Below, piece by piece: positions 1 through 10,693 of a stretch of DNA of 64,000 bases. The notes under the pieces are model-generated. The model had not been told where the DNA came from. It did not search any database and worked only from the letters and a program-made list of their open reading frames with translations. The stretch covers positions 1 to 64,000 of the forward strand of contig CAVZDU010000008.1 in the NCBI GenBank assembly GCA_963774265.1, given 5' to 3'. Numbering within the stretch: the stretch's first letter is position 1; each line of letters begins with the position of its first letter. Position numbers and translations under genes: made by a program. Origin of the DNA: an uncultured Chloroflexia bacterium. Its GTDB lineage: Bacteria > Chloroflexota > Anaerolineae > CG2-30-64-16.

Positions 1-610
1 CGCGCAGCAGCACAGTCACCGGCAACTTGCGCTTGCGGTCGACCTTAACGGAAACAATATCGCGTTTAGAGGTCTCAAACTCCAGCCACGCTCCGCGGTT
101 GGGGATCAACTTGGCGTAGCAGAGATGGCGGTCGGTAGCCCGATCCTCTTCCACGGTAAAATAGACGCCGGGCGATCGAATCAACTGGCTAACGACAACA
201 CGCTCAGCGCCGTTAATAATGAAGGTGCCGTTGTCAGTCATCAGGGGGAAATCACCCATGAAGACGTTCTGCGCAGTGACCTCGCCAGTCTCGCGATTGA
301 CCAACCGGACACGAACCCACAACGGCGCGGCGAAGGTCATGTCTCGATCCCGGCACTCGGGTTCAGAGTACTTTGGCTCACCGAACCAAAAACCCTCGGG
401 TCCGGGAGTCGAACCAAAGTGCAATTCCAGATTTTTGTTGAAGCTGATAATCGGTGAGACTTCCTCGAACAGCTCCTGCAGACCCTCCGCTTGGAACCAA
501 CGGAACGAGTCCAACTGCACCTCAATCAGGCGCGGCAATTCGTAGACGTCGGGAATCCGCGCGTACGATTTGCGCAGGGCGGCAGGGCCACCATTTCGGA
601 GATGCGTCAT
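1..610 (-). CDS. rpoB: DNA-directed RNA polymerase beta subunit, 5' part (runs off window start)
   Basis: Manual minus-strand translation from ATG at 610: [54 protein letters not shown]...[24 protein letters not shown]...[14 protein letters not shown], which is the RpoB N-terminus. RBS AAGGAG at 626-621. Confidence 0.96.
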   Translation of the reverse strand, partial: MTHLRNGGPAALRKSYARIPDVYELPRLIEVQLDSFRWFQAEGLQELFEEVSPIISFNKNLELHFGSTPGPEGFWFGEPKYSEPECRDRDMTFAAPLWVRVRLVNRETGEVTAQNVFMGDFPLMTDNGTFIINGAERVVVSQLIRSPGVYFTVEEDRATDRHLCYAKLIPNRGAWLEFETSKRDIVSVKVDRKRKLPVTVLLR

Positions 611-748
611 GCAGCGATCACTCCTTGTACGGAAAAGCAAAACACCAAGTCCCCATCCGACTTGGTTCATCTCGGTCACTGAGAGTGAGGGGGATTTTTC
701 GATTATTCTTAATGATACGATACCTCGGCACACGGACAGCAATCGCTA

Positions 749-777
749 ATACTATCACAGGCCGACCTTGGTGTCAA
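749..777 (-). promoter_or_regulatory. sigma70-type promoter for rpoB
   Basis: Minus strand TTGACA (777-772), 17-bp spacer, TAGTAT (754-749) with extended TG. Confidence 0.65.
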
Positions 778-792
778 GTATTTGTTTCTGCC

Positions 793-2234
793 GGTAGTGT
801 ATCCCGATCGGTTGAAATTCGTCTGAGGGTGGAAACCTGGTAAGGTCAGGTTACAACATCAATACCACGCCAGGAGACCACCCCGATGCGCAGCGTACTC
901 CCGGAATGCCGGCAAGTCAACGGCCATGCTTTGATCGAAGGGGCCATTGCAGAGGCTCATCACCACCTGCTCAACCAAATCGGGCACGGAATCGGCGAGC
1001 GTTTGTACGCCGCGGCCGAATACGTCTTGGGCCGGGCGCCCTACGTGCGGCGGGGCCACGTGGCCAGCAGTCTGGAACAGACCCGTGCGTGCCCCAAGTG
1101 CCACACCGTGCAGAGCCAGCAGTTCAGTCGCAACGGCAGCCGGCCGCGCCATTTGCTGACCCGCTGGGGCGAAGTGCCGCTGCGCTGGCCCCGCTTCGTC
1201 TGTGAGTGCGGCGGCAGCATCACCCTCGATCTGGATGATTGGCTGGCGCCCTACCAGCGCATTGGCAGCGATGTCGACGCTCAAATTCAACGCTGGGGCG
1301 CCCTGAGTATCAGCCTGCGCGAGATGCAGGGCGAACTGGCGCATAGCTATATGGGCGTGTTGGGCCAACGCACCCTGCTCCAGCGCTTACACCAACTCCA
1401 GCAGCTCACCCCGGGCGCCGATGAGCGGCCCACGCCGCCGATCGTGCAGTTCGATGCCATCTGGTTCACGCAACTGTGTGCGACCGGGCAGTGGCGCACC
1501 GACCGCAAGGGCCGCAAGCGCGCCGTCAAGGGCCGCCGGAAGCGCTGCCTCCTGATTGCGTTAGGCGTCTGGCCGGAAACCGGCCGCCAGGAGGATCTTG
1601 GCCTGGCGGCTGGCCGACAGCGAGGATGCCGAAAGCTGGCTCGCCTTTCTCAGTGAACTGGAAGCCCAAGGCTTGCGCGGCGAACTGGGCCTGGAATTGA
1701 TCATTCATGATGGCGGCAGTGGTCTATGCGCCGCACTCACCACCATCCACTTTGACGCCATCGAGCAACGCTGCCTCTTCCATAAGCTCCGCAACATCTG
1801 GCAAGCCATTCGCATCGCCGACGATTTGCCCGCAGCTGAACGGCGCCGCCAGCGCCGGGCGATCTACCGCGATTTCGTCGCCATCTTTCAGGCCAAACAG
1901 CGTGCCACCGTCTTGCGCCGCGCCCTCAAGGTGCTGCAGAAATATCGCAACACCCAACCCGATGCTGTGGCCACGCTCCGGCGCAACTTCCGCGCCACCG
2001 TGGCTTACTTCCTCCTGCAAGAACGCCATCCCACCTGGCGCCGCAGCTTTCTCCGCACAACCAGCCGGCTCGAACGCTTCAATCGCTGCCTGCGCCGCCG
2101 CATTCGGAGCGCCAACGCCTACCATTCCGATGCTGGCGTCTTGGCCATGATCGCACAGGAGGTGGATCGCAAGTTCATCCTACCTGCCATGCGCAAGTTC
2201 AACACACACTTCCAACCGAAAGCGATACACTAAC
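793..2234 (+). mobile_element. IS256/Mutator-family insertion sequence (1442 bp)
   Basis: Imperfect TIRs: left GGTAGTGTATCCCGATCGGTTGAAA (793-817); right end reverse-complements to GTTAGTGTATCGCTTTCGGTTGGAA. Flanked by an exact 8-bp direct repeat TTTCTGCC (785-792 and 2235-2242). Confidence 0.93.
886..2233 (+). CDS. IS256/Mutator-type DDE transposase, one frameshift near 1590-1600
   Basis: ORFs 886-1656 and 1598-2233 join. Motifs FDAIW, IIHDGGSGL, QRCLFHKLRN (CxxH) and RTTSRLERFN; N-terminal CPKC...CEC zinc ribbon. Stop codon lies inside the right TIR. Confidence 0.88.
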
Positions 2235-2303
2235 TTTCTGCCACTTTCAACCAGAAAACACCGATGGGGATTTCAGTGGACGTTCGCTGCCCAAATAATA
2301 CTA

Positions 2304-2332
2304 TTGCTTTTTTGTACCTCGTATGATATACT
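2304..2332 (+). promoter_or_regulatory. possible upstream sigma70 promoter of the dcw cluster
   Basis: TTGCTT-17-TATACT with extended TG. Confidence 0.45.
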
Positions 2333-2452
2333 CATTTCTGGTCAAGCAGGCTTTGCGGCACATTATCGATCTGGGCAACTCAACAGTTTGGGATATGTCA
2401 GGGATAAAGGTTAAAGATTTGCGATATCCGTGAAAATGGGAGCCTAGCCCCC

Positions 2453-2515
2453 TTGCCAAAACCAGGCAATGAGTGCTATCATGGCGACATGTGGTAAATC
2501 GTGGTAGAAAGTGGG
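2453..2515 (+). promoter_or_regulatory. mraZ promoter and MraZ-binding direct repeats
   Basis: TTGCCA (2453), 18-bp spacer, TGcTATCAT; then GTGG repeats at 10-nt period (2491 GTGGTAAATC, 2501 GTGGTAGAAA, 2511 GTGGGG), the known MraZ operator architecture. Confidence 0.75.
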
Positions 2516-2548
2516 GGAGTGTCCCCTTCTACCAACCTGTGAGCGCCA

Positions 2549-3007
2549 ATGGACCTGACCTTTCGCGGAGAGTACGAATACGCAGTCGATGACCGCGGTC
2601 GCACGGTGATCCCCCCAAAGTTCCGGGAGGGACTCACCGACACGGTCCTCATGGGCCGTGGCGCAGAAGGCCAGATCTGGGTCTATCCCAAGGCCACGTT
2701 CGAGCGGCACTTACTTGAGGCCCAAGGCGCCAACGACACCGAACAAGATGCGAACTTCGACATGGGCCAACGTTTTTGGCTGGCAGCCAACGAGATCGAA
2801 GCCGACCGGCAGGGACGTCTGCCGCTGCCCGGTCTCCTCCGCAGACAATGCGAAATCGGTTCGTCGGTCATTATAGTCGGAAATGGAGATCGTGTCGAGA
2901 TTTGGAGCCCCGCGCGATGGGATCAGACCTACTCCGAGTTCGTCGCGGCGAACAAGACCCATCGGGATGGCTTCAGCGCCCTAAGGCGCTCGGGACTCCG
3001 GCCTTAG
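2549..3007 (+). CDS. mraZ: transcriptional regulator MraZ
   Basis: FRGEYEYAVDDRGR..IP, DRQGRLPLP, IVGNGDRVEIW; first gene of the dcw cluster. Confidence 0.95.
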   Translation: MDLTFRGEYEYAVDDRGRTVIPPKFREGLTDTVLMGRGAEGQIWVYPKATFERHLLEAQGANDTEQDANFDMGQRFWLAANEIEADRQGRLPLPGLLRRQCEIGSSVIIVGNGDRVEIWSPARWDQTYSEFVAANKTHRDGFSALRRSGLRP

Positions 3008-3019
3008 GATGGGATGTGC

Positions 3020-3970
3020 ATGACCCATGTCCCGGTACTCTTGCATGAGACGGTGGACGGCCTGGGGCTGCAGCCCGGTGCGTGGGTCATCGACGGCACA
3101 CTGGGCGCTGGAGGCCATAGCGAGGCGATTCTGGAGGCCACCAGCCCGGACGGGCGCCTGTTGGGACTTGATCGAGACAGAGAGGCCATCGCTCGTACTC
3201 AGCGGCGTCTAACCTCCTTTGGAGGGCGGGTGACTTTGCGTCACGGCAGCTTCGGCGAAATCGGCGCCATCGCGCACGAGGCTGGGTTTGTCGGCGTCCA
3301 AGGGGTGCTGCTCGATCTCGGGATTTCGTCAGATCAACTTGGCTCCGCGGACCGGGGCTTTTCTTTCCAGGTCGAAGGTCCGCTTGACATGCGGATGGAC
3401 TCGAGCCATCCGCTCACTGCCGACGAAATCGTCAACGAATGGTCACAGGATCAGATCGCAGACGCGATCTATCAATATGCCGATGAGCCCCGATCGCGAC
3501 GGATCGCGCGGGCCATCGTCGCAGCCAGGCCCTTGCGAACCACCACACAATTGGCTGAGGTGGTCGCCAGGGCCTTAGGCGGACACAAGGGGCAACGGAT
3601 TCATCCGGCGACACAAGTATTTCAAGCGCTGCGAATTGCAGTCAACGACGAGTTGGGCGCTTTGGAGGCTGTCTTGCCGCAAGTCGTGACCCTGCTCGCA
3701 CCGGGTGGACGCATGGCCATTATTGCGTTCCATTCGCTCGAAGATCGCTTGGTGAAGCAGTTTTTTCAGCGGGAGGCGCGTGATTGCATTTGCGATACGC
3801 TGCCGGGTTACGTCCGCTCTCGTGTGCCCCAACCCTGCCGGTGCGGGCACCGGGCAACCTTGAGAATTGTGACGCGTAGGCCGGTCCAGCCAACCGCAGC
3901 GGAGATCGACCGGAATGCACGCAGCCGGAGCGCAAAGCTGCGTATTGCCGAGCGCCTGGCCGAGCGTTGA
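3020..3970 (+). CDS. rsmH: 16S rRNA m4C1402 methyltransferase RsmH (MraW)
   Basis: [71 protein letters not shown]. Confidence 0.97.
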   Translation: MTHVPVLLHETVDGLGLQPGAWVIDGTLGAGGHSEAILEATSPDGRLLGLDRDREAIARTQRRLTSFGGRVTLRHGSFGEIGAIAHEAGFVGVQGVLLDLGISSDQLGSADRGFSFQVEGPLDMRMDSSHPLTADEIVNEWSQDQIADAIYQYADEPRSRRIARAIVAARPLRTTTQLAEVVARALGGHKGQRIHPATQVFQALRIAVNDELGALEAVLPQVVTLLAPGGRMAIIAFHSLEDRLVKQFFQREARDCICDTLPGYVRSRVPQPCRCGHRATLRIVTRRPVQPTAAEIDRNARSRSAKLRIAERLAER

Positions 3971-4029
3971 GTTTCGTGGTGTTTGTTGGCCGTAGTTGAG
4001 TTTGAGAGTGATTGTGGAGGGCATCTATC

Positions 4030-4410
4030 ATGTTACATCGACCCACCCCTGCACCGGCCTGGTCACCGGCTCGATGGCTGCAACAACGCCTCGGGATATT
4101 GACCGGTCGGACCTCCAACCTGCTCCGTTACGTTCTGATTGCCGCAATCCTAACAGCAATCGGTTGCACGTACTTGTGGCAGGTTAACAGTCTATCTACT
4201 ATTTACGACAAGACAGTTGACCTCCAAGTCGAAGCAAATCAACTGGAAAAACAGAATGTCATTCTAGCCGAGCAGCTGGCGCAGTGGAGTTCGCCCGCTT
4301 ACGTGGAAAAACGCAGCGTTGAAGAGGGCTACGTGGTGGTCGCCCCTCGCGCCATCCCTGAGCCAAGTGCAGCACTTTCATCGGCGGTTGCCGCCAACAT
4401 CGATCGCTGA
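4030..4410 (+). CDS. ftsL: cell division protein FtsL-like
   Basis: Single TM followed by a heptad coiled coil (LQVEANQLEKQNVILAEQLAQWSSPAYVE); lies between rsmH and ftsI. Confidence 0.75.
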   Translation: MLHRPTPAPAWSPARWLQQRLGILTGRTSNLLRYVLIAAILTAIGCTYLWQVNSLSTIYDKTVDLQVEANQLEKQNVILAEQLAQWSSPAYVEKRSVEEGYVVVAPRAIPEPSAALSSAVAANIDR

Positions 4411-4415
4411 CAAGG

Positions 4416-6227
4416 ATGTCGTCGATGCCAGGATCGAGCCGACCCGCAAACCGACGTCCACTCCCACACGCTGCAGAGCAGCGAGTGGAGTTGACTGCCG
4501 AGGCGCGCTCGGAGTTGGAGGAGAAGGCAGCCAAGGAACAGCGATCCGTGCTCATCAAACGGCTGCGGGTGCTCGCCGTCCTGTTTGGGATCTTCATCGT
4601 GGTTGTTCTTGCACAGCTCCTGCTTACGCAAGTGCTGAATCTCACCAACCAACCGCAACGGGTGGTGGCTCAGACGGTCGACTACTCGCGCGGTCGGATC
4701 GTCGACCGCGACGGCGTGCTACTGACCACCGATACTTTCACGTGGGAGATCTACCTCAATCCCAGTCGGTATAGGACGAAAAACTTCACCTCCGAGTTGG
4801 TTGCCCAGGCCGCTCAGGAACTCGAACTCAGCCCCAACGTCATTATGGAGGCCCTCGGCCAAGAGGGTGCGGTTGCTCAGGTTGCCAAGAATGTCACCCG
4901 TCGTCAGTGTGAAGCAGCCGACGCAGGTACGGCAGTGCCCGGATGGTTTTGGTGCGACGCGAAGCGCAAACGCACCTACCCCCAAGGGAGCCTGGCGGCG
5001 CATGTGATCGGTTTCTCAAACCAAGACCAGCTTGGCCAGACCGGCCTCGAGGCCTACTACAATGACTGGCTGCGCACTTCGGGTGATTGGACCCAGGCCC
5101 AATTGACCGGATCGGGCGAGTCAATTCCGGATGAATGGGAAAAGTATCTGCCCTCACCCAGCGGTCGCGACCTCGTGTTACACATGAGTGCGCCACTTCA
5201 ACATATGACTGAGACCCACCTGGACGATGCTGTAAAGAGATACGATGCTTCTTCGGGATCCATTATCATAATGGACCCGCGGACCGGTGCAATCTTGGCC
5301 ATGGCCAACTGGCCGACATTTGATCCGAACAACTACGCGCAGGCAGAGGCCCATACTTTGCAGAATCCGGCTGTCAGCCTCCTCTACGAACCAGGTTCGG
5401 TTTTCAAGCTGATTACCTACTCTGCGGCGCTGGATAGCGGATCGATCGTGCCGGATCAGCAGTTCGAGGACACAGGCGTCAAGGTTATCGGCGGCCAGAG
5501 GATCACCAACTCCCAAAAGCGTGTTCTGGGGTGGGTGTCCGGCTGGGACGCTCTCGCCGAATCGCTCAACACGATCAGCGCGGAAATCTGCATTTCCATG
5601 GGCCAGGAGAACTTCTACCGCTATGTTCGACTATTTGGATTTGGCAAGCCAACGGAGATTGACTTGGGAACCGAGGTCGCTGGCATCGTGAAACGGCCAG
5701 GCTTGGCGGAATGGAGTGAATATGACCAGGCAGCCAACTCCTTCGGCCAAGGCATCTCTACCACGCCCATGCAGATGCTGAACGCAGCCGGCGCCATCGC
5801 CAACCACGGCGCGCTGATGCAGCCACAGGTGGCGCAAGCCCTGGTCTATGAAGGCAAGATGTATCGCCTGCCTGTGCGTATGCTCGAACAGGTTGTCAGG
5901 CCGGAGATCGCGCAGACATTGACAAAGATGATGGTATATACGGTCGAAAACTACGATAAGGGGAAAAATCTCGTTCCGGGTTTCCGCGTGGCTGGAAAAA
6001 CCGGCACCGCTGAAATCCCTGAGCAGGCCGGTTACACAAACCCACTCACCATCACCAGTTTCGTCGGCTTTCTTCCAGCGGCCGATCCGCGACTGGTGAT
6101 CCTGGTTAAACTGAATAAACCGAAGAGCTCGCGTTGGGCTGAGCAGGTCGCCTTGCCGGTCTTCGGCGAGGTGGCGCGTGACGCAGTCCAGATCATGGGC
6201 CTGACTCCAAACGCGGACATGCCTTGA
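4416..6227 (+). CDS. ftsI: penicillin-binding protein (class B transpeptidase, FtsI)
   Basis: N-terminal TM; RGRIVDRDG, RTYPQG, EPGSVFK (SxxK), SLN, KTGTAE. Confidence 0.93.
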   Translation: MSSMPGSSRPANRRPLPHAAEQRVELTAEARSELEEKAAKEQRSVLIKRLRVLAVLFGIFIVVVLAQLLLTQVLNLTNQPQRVVAQTVDYSRGRIVDRDGVLLTTDTFTWEIYLNPSRYRTKNFTSELVAQAAQELELSPNVIMEALGQEGAVAQVAKNVTRRQCEAADAGTAVPGWFWCDAKRKRTYPQGSLAAHVIGFSNQDQLGQTGLEAYYNDWLRTSGDWTQAQLTGSGESIPDEWEKYLPSPSGRDLVLHMSAPLQHMTETHLDDAVKRYDASSGSIIIMDPRTGAILAMANWPTFDPNNYAQAEAHTLQNPAVSLLYEPGSVFKLITYSAALDSGSIVPDQQFEDTGVKVIGGQRITNSQKRVLGWVSGWDALAESLNTISAEICISMGQENFYRYVRLFGFGKPTEIDLGTEVAGIVKRPGLAEWSEYDQAANSFGQGISTTPMQMLNAAGAIANHGALMQPQVAQALVYEGKMYRLPVRMLEQVVRPEIAQTLTKMMVYTVENYDKGKNLVPGFRVAGKTGTAEIPEQAGYTNPLTITSFVGFLPAADPRLVILVKLNKPKSSRWAEQVALPVFGEVARDAVQIMGLTPNADMP

Positions 6228-6233
6228 CGGCTG

Positions 6234-7752
6234 ATGGATATGAATTCACACACCATGCTGACGCTCAATGACATTGCTGAAACGCTGTCTGACGTGGCTT
6301 TGCCGCCCGAATGGGCCGGCCGCGTGATTATGAACACCGTAGTGGATTCGCGATCTGCGACGAAAGGCAGCCTGTTCGTTGCCCTTGCCGGCGATCGAAC
6401 CGATGGTCACCTCTACCTGAACGCGGCGTTTAAGGCCGGAGCCCTGGCGGCCATCGCTGAAGAACGAGCGCTGGAGTGTTGTGAAGACGCGATGACCGTC
6501 TGGCCGGATGGAAGCCTCCGGTGGCACGGCCGCGAGACGAAGGCCGATGCAGACCATCTGGCTGCGTCATTGATCTTTATCGTGCCCAACAGCCTGACCG
6601 CCCTCCAGCAAGTGGCGGCGCATTGGCGCGCGAAGCTACCTGTCGTAACCGTGGGCATCACCGGCAGCGTGGGCAAAACCACCACGAAGGAAACTACTGC
6701 AAACATCCTGTCCATCCGCTACGCAACAATTCGGAGCGAAGGTAATCTCAACAATGAAATCGGTCTCCCCCTGACACTGTTACGACTGCGTCCCCATCAT
6801 GAGCGGGCAGTGCTCGAGATGGGCATGTACTCACTGGGCGAGATCTCGCAGTTATGCGCATGGGCCCGACCTCGAATCGGCGTCGTAACCAACGTGGGAC
6901 CAGTTCACCTGGAGCGCTTGGGCGCCATTGAGAGGATCGCGCAGGCCAAATCCGAATTGCCGCGAGCCTTGCCCCCGGCGGACGAAGGCGGCATTGCCAT
7001 CCTGAACCGTGACGACTCACTGGTTTGGGCAATGGCTGGCGTTACACAGGCGCGGGTCTTCTCCTACGGTCTTCACTCCGAGGCTGACGTTTGGGCCGAC
7101 GGTATCGAGAGCCACGGCCTTGAGGGCATCCGATTCCGCTGCCATTATGGCCATGATGTGTACCACATCCGCCTCCCTATGCTTGGTCGACATAGCGTCC
7201 ACACTGCCTTGCGCGGCGCGGCAGTCGGTCTCGTCGAGGGGCTCAGTTGGGACGAAATCATCCATGGCCTGCAGGACGTACGCGGACAGTTGCGACTGAT
7301 AGTCGTTCCCGGTTTGCGTGACACAACGTTGATTGATGACACCTACAACGCCAGCCCTGACTCGTCGCTTGCCGCGCTGAATCTATTCGCGCGATGTAGC
7401 CAATACGAGTCATCGCGCAATCGCAGTTTTTGGCGACATGTATGAGTTGGGAGCATTTGAAGAAGCCGGACATCGGTTGGTCGGGGGCCGAGCGGCACAA
7501 ATCGTCCAGAAGCTAGTCACCGTCGGCCGGCGCGCGCGTTGGATCGCCGAGGAGGCGCTGGCAGCGGGAATGAACACGGCGGATGTGCATCCCATCGAAA
7601 CCAACACCGATGCAATCGGCGTGCTACAAGGCCTAATCCTACCAGGAGATGTTGTGTTGATTAAGGGCTCGCGCTCGGCGGCCATGGAGGGCATCGTCGA
7701 CGCATTATCTCGCACCCAGGGCGGGCGCACCGCAGGAGCACACAAAGCATGA
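6234..7752 (+). CDS. murF: UDP-N-acetylmuramoyl-tripeptide--D-Ala-D-Ala ligase; apparent 1-nt frameshift near 7390
   Basis: DSR, GITGSVGKTTTKE, NLNNEIGLP, DDTYNASPDS; the C-terminus (GDMYELG...KGSR) continues in another frame. Confidence 0.9.
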
Positions 7753-8819
7753 TCGAACGTTCGCCCATGCCATTTGCACTGGGGCTCGCGACCGTCTCGT
7801 TCCTCCTGGCCGTGGTGTGGGGCCGACCATTGATCAATCTGCTTCGCCGCCGTCGCATCGGCAAACAGATACGAATAGAAGGGCCCTCGGGCCACCAATC
7901 CAAAATGGGCACACCCACGATGGGGGGTGTCCTTTTCCTGGTGCCAGTTTTCCTAATTACTGTGGTGCTGAACCTTGCGAACTTCCTCAGTGGCGTGGAA
8001 TGGGGCAAAGCCATCCTGCGCGTTTTCAACTTCGCAGAGGGTAGTTCGCTCATCGGCAAGTCGATCCTGGTCCCGCTTCTGGTCTTGATCGGCTTCGGGC
8101 TGCTAGGCGCCCGCGACGACTGGGCAGGCATTTTCGGAAGCCGCCACGACGGCCAGGGGCTGATAGCCCGCATCAAAGCGTCCTTCCAGGTCTTGTTGGC
8201 TCTGGCGACCGCCGCTGGGTTGTATTATTTTCTCGATCTACGCAGCGTCGCGATCCCAGGAATAAGCGAGAAACTGGACTTGGGACTCTTCTACATCCCA
8301 GCGGCTGTGTTCGTAATCGTCGCCATGTCTAACGCGGTCAATCTCACGGATGGTCTGGACGGGCTAGCGGGCTCAACGGTCGCCGTCGCTTTCGCCGCCT
8401 ACGGCATCATCGCACACCTGCAGGGCCAATTTCCGCTCAGTTCGTTCTGTTTCACGATGGTGGGCTCGCTACTCGCGTTTCTCTGGTACAACTCACATCC
8501 GGCTCAGCTCTTCATGGGCGACACCGGCTCGCTTGCACTCGGCGCCACGCTATCCGTGGTTGCACTGATGACTGGACAGTGGTTGTTATTGCCGATCGTC
8601 GGCGTGGTATTTGTGGCTGAGGCTCTCTCCGATGTCTTGCAAGTGAGCTGGTTCAAATGGACCAAGAAACGTACAGGAGCGGGCAAACGCATTTTCCGGA
8701 TGGCGCCCTTACACCACCACTTTGAGTTGCTCGGTTGGTCGGAAACGCACATCGTCTGGCGTTTCTTCTTGATTTCCATCCTGGCCGCCATGACTGGCGT
8801 CGCGCTTGCGCTGTTGTAG
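7749..8819 (+). CDS. mraY: phospho-N-acetylmuramoyl-pentapeptide transferase
   Basis: KMGTPTMGG, SNAVNLTDGLDGLA, FMGDTGSLALG, MAPLHHHFE. Confidence 0.97.
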   Translation: MIERSPMPFALGLATVSFLLAVVWGRPLINLLRRRRIGKQIRIEGPSGHQSKMGTPTMGGVLFLVPVFLITVVLNLANFLSGVEWGKAILRVFNFAEGSSLIGKSILVPLLVLIGFGLLGARDDWAGIFGSRHDGQGLIARIKASFQVLLALATAAGLYYFLDLRSVAIPGISEKLDLGLFYIPAAVFVIVAMSNAVNLTDGLDGLAGSTVAVAFAAYGIIAHLQGQFPLSSFCFTMVGSLLAFLWYNSHPAQLFMGDTGSLALGATLSVVALMTGQWLLLPIVGVVFVAEALSDVLQVSWFKWTKKRTGAGKRIFRMAPLHHHFELLGWSETHIVWRFFLISILAAMTGVALALL

Positions 8820-8826
8820 GAGTAAC

Positions 8827-9207
8827 ATGGCCAAAGGAGCCGGTTGGCAAGCTGCCCTTGAGATTCTCAGGCCTCTGGAGGTAACCCTTTGTGCCGCCGA
8901 AGCACGCGGCAATCACCGGGAAGCACTTCAGGCCGCCTACAATGGCGCATCGCAGGCTGTCGAGGCTCTTACTGCCAAAACGCGCACCGGAAGTGGCCAG
9001 ACAACAGTCCACGGTGTGTGGGTTGAATTGACGGCTCTGCCGCTGGCTGCCCGAGACGATGGCACCTTGGCTGACAACGGCACCTATGTGAGTCTCGAAT
9101 ACCAACAATATGAAGTCACGAATGGAGAGGCCGCTGCCTTGGCCGCCCGACTGGCGGACCGATTGAATGTAGTCAGCGGACCCGGCGACATCTTCGATTT
9201 GGCATAG
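8827..9207 (+). CDS. hypothetical protein (126 aa) inside the dcw cluster
   Basis: RBS AGGAG before ATG 8827; fills the mraY-murD gap; no recognisable motif. Confidence 0.65.
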   Translation: MAKGAGWQAALEILRPLEVTLCAAEARGNHREALQAAYNGASQAVEALTAKTRTGSGQTTVHGVWVELTALPLAARDDGTLADNGTYVSLEYQQYEVTNGEAAALAARLADRLNVVSGPGDIFDLA

Positions 9208-9229
9208 TGGTTTGAAATAAGGAGGAGAG

Positions 9230-10693
9230 GTGCGGGGTAGCGTGCACAATTATGCAGGTCTGCGTGCGACAATCCTTGGCATGGCCCGTCAAGGATTGGC
9301 GGTCGCGCGCTTCCTGCTGCAAAACGGTGCGCGCGTCACTCTGAGCGATCAACGCTCCCCGGACCAGCTTGCAGCCGCGAAAGATGCCTTGACACGGTTT
9401 GCCGAAGAGCACGGCGCCTCACAACCGCAGTTCATCCTTGGCGGTCACCCTATCACGCTGCTCGACTCGACCGATCTGCTCCTCCTGAGCGGCGGTGTTT
9501 CACCAGGTATTCCCCTGGTGGAAGAGGCGAAACGCCGCGGGATCGCGTTGAGCAATGACGGTGCCCTAACCCTGCGGCACTGCCCCGTGCCGGTGATCGG
9601 CATCACTGGATCCGCAGGCAAAACCACAACAACCACTTTGAGCGGCCTCATGCTGGAAGCGGCAGGTTATCGCGTGCATGTAGGGGGCAACATCGGCACA
9701 CCGCTCATTGACCGTCTCCAGGACATACAGAGCGGCGATAAAGTTGTCATGGAGTTGTCCAGCTTCCAGCTTGAGTTAATGGATCGCAGCCCTGCTATTG
9801 CAGCAGTTGTTAACATCACGCCAAACCATCTGGACCGCCACCCGTCCATGAGTCATTACGCCGGAGCTAAGGCGAACATCCTTCGCTATCAGGAGCGCGG
9901 TGATACCGCCGCGCTTAACGCAGATGACGGCTATACCGGTCCGTGGCTTGCGACTGGCCGCGTGCATATCGATGCCGGCGAAGGGCAAGAGGAAATCTAC
10001 TTCCCCTTGCGCGCGGCGACCCTTGGTTTCAGTCTTAAAGCGGAGATCGCGGCCGGAGCTTTCCTGGATGGCAACCGATTGGTGCTCCGAGGGCTGGGTC
10101 AAAGCGACAACGTAATCTGTTACGCTGACGACGTGCGACTACGCGGACGGCATAATCTGGCTAACGTGCTGGCGGCGGCGTGCCTTTCCGGCGCCGCAGG
10201 TGCATCCCCTGAGGCCATGAAATCCGTTGCCACCACATTTGCCGGGGTCCAACACCGGCTCGAAATCGTTCGCGAGCACAACGGCATTACTTGGGTTAAT
10301 GACTCCATCGCGACTGCACCTGAGCGTACGGTCGCCGCAATCCGCTCCTTCATAGAGCCACTGATTCTTCTTCTTGGCGGCCGGGATAAAAACCTGCCGT
10401 GGGAGGAATGCGCAGCCGCGATTCATGCCGGTCATGTGCGGCACGTGGTGCTATTTGGTGAGGCAGCCGAGCTAATCTCTGAGGCCCTGGCGCACCACGC
10501 ACAACAAGCGGGTGTTGCACCCATCTCAGTGACCAAGACCGGCGATCTATCTGCTGCAGTCTCCGCTGCCGCCCAACTGGCGCATACAGGCGATGTGGTT
10601 CTACTGGCTCCCGGTGGCACGAGCTTCGATGCCTATGAAGACTTTACGGTTCGCGGCCAGCACTTTCGAGACTTAGTGGAGGCTCTGCCATGA
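9230..10693 (+). CDS. murD: UDP-N-acetylmuramoyl-L-alanine--D-glutamate ligase
   Basis: GITGSAGKTTTT, GGNIG, ELSSFQL, NITPNHLDRH, HRLE, NDSIAT. Confidence 0.96.
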   Translation: MRGSVHNYAGLRATILGMARQGLAVARFLLQNGARVTLSDQRSPDQLAAAKDALTRFAEEHGASQPQFILGGHPITLLDSTDLLLLSGGVSPGIPLVEEAKRRGIALSNDGALTLRHCPVPVIGITGSAGKTTTTTLSGLMLEAAGYRVHVGGNIGTPLIDRLQDIQSGDKVVMELSSFQLELMDRSPAIAAVVNITPNHLDRHPSMSHYAGAKANILRYQERGDTAALNADDGYTGPWLATGRVHIDAGEGQEEIYFPLRAATLGFSLKAEIAAGAFLDGNRLVLRGLGQSDNVICYADDVRLRGRHNLANVLAAACLSGAAGASPEAMKSVATTFAGVQHRLEIVREHNGITWVNDSIATAPERTVAAIRSFIEPLILLLGGRDKNLPWEECAAAIHAGHVRHVVLFGEAAELISEALAHHAQQAGVAPISVTKTGDLSAAVSAAAQLAHTGDVVLLAPGGTSFDAYEDFTVRGQHFRDLVEALP

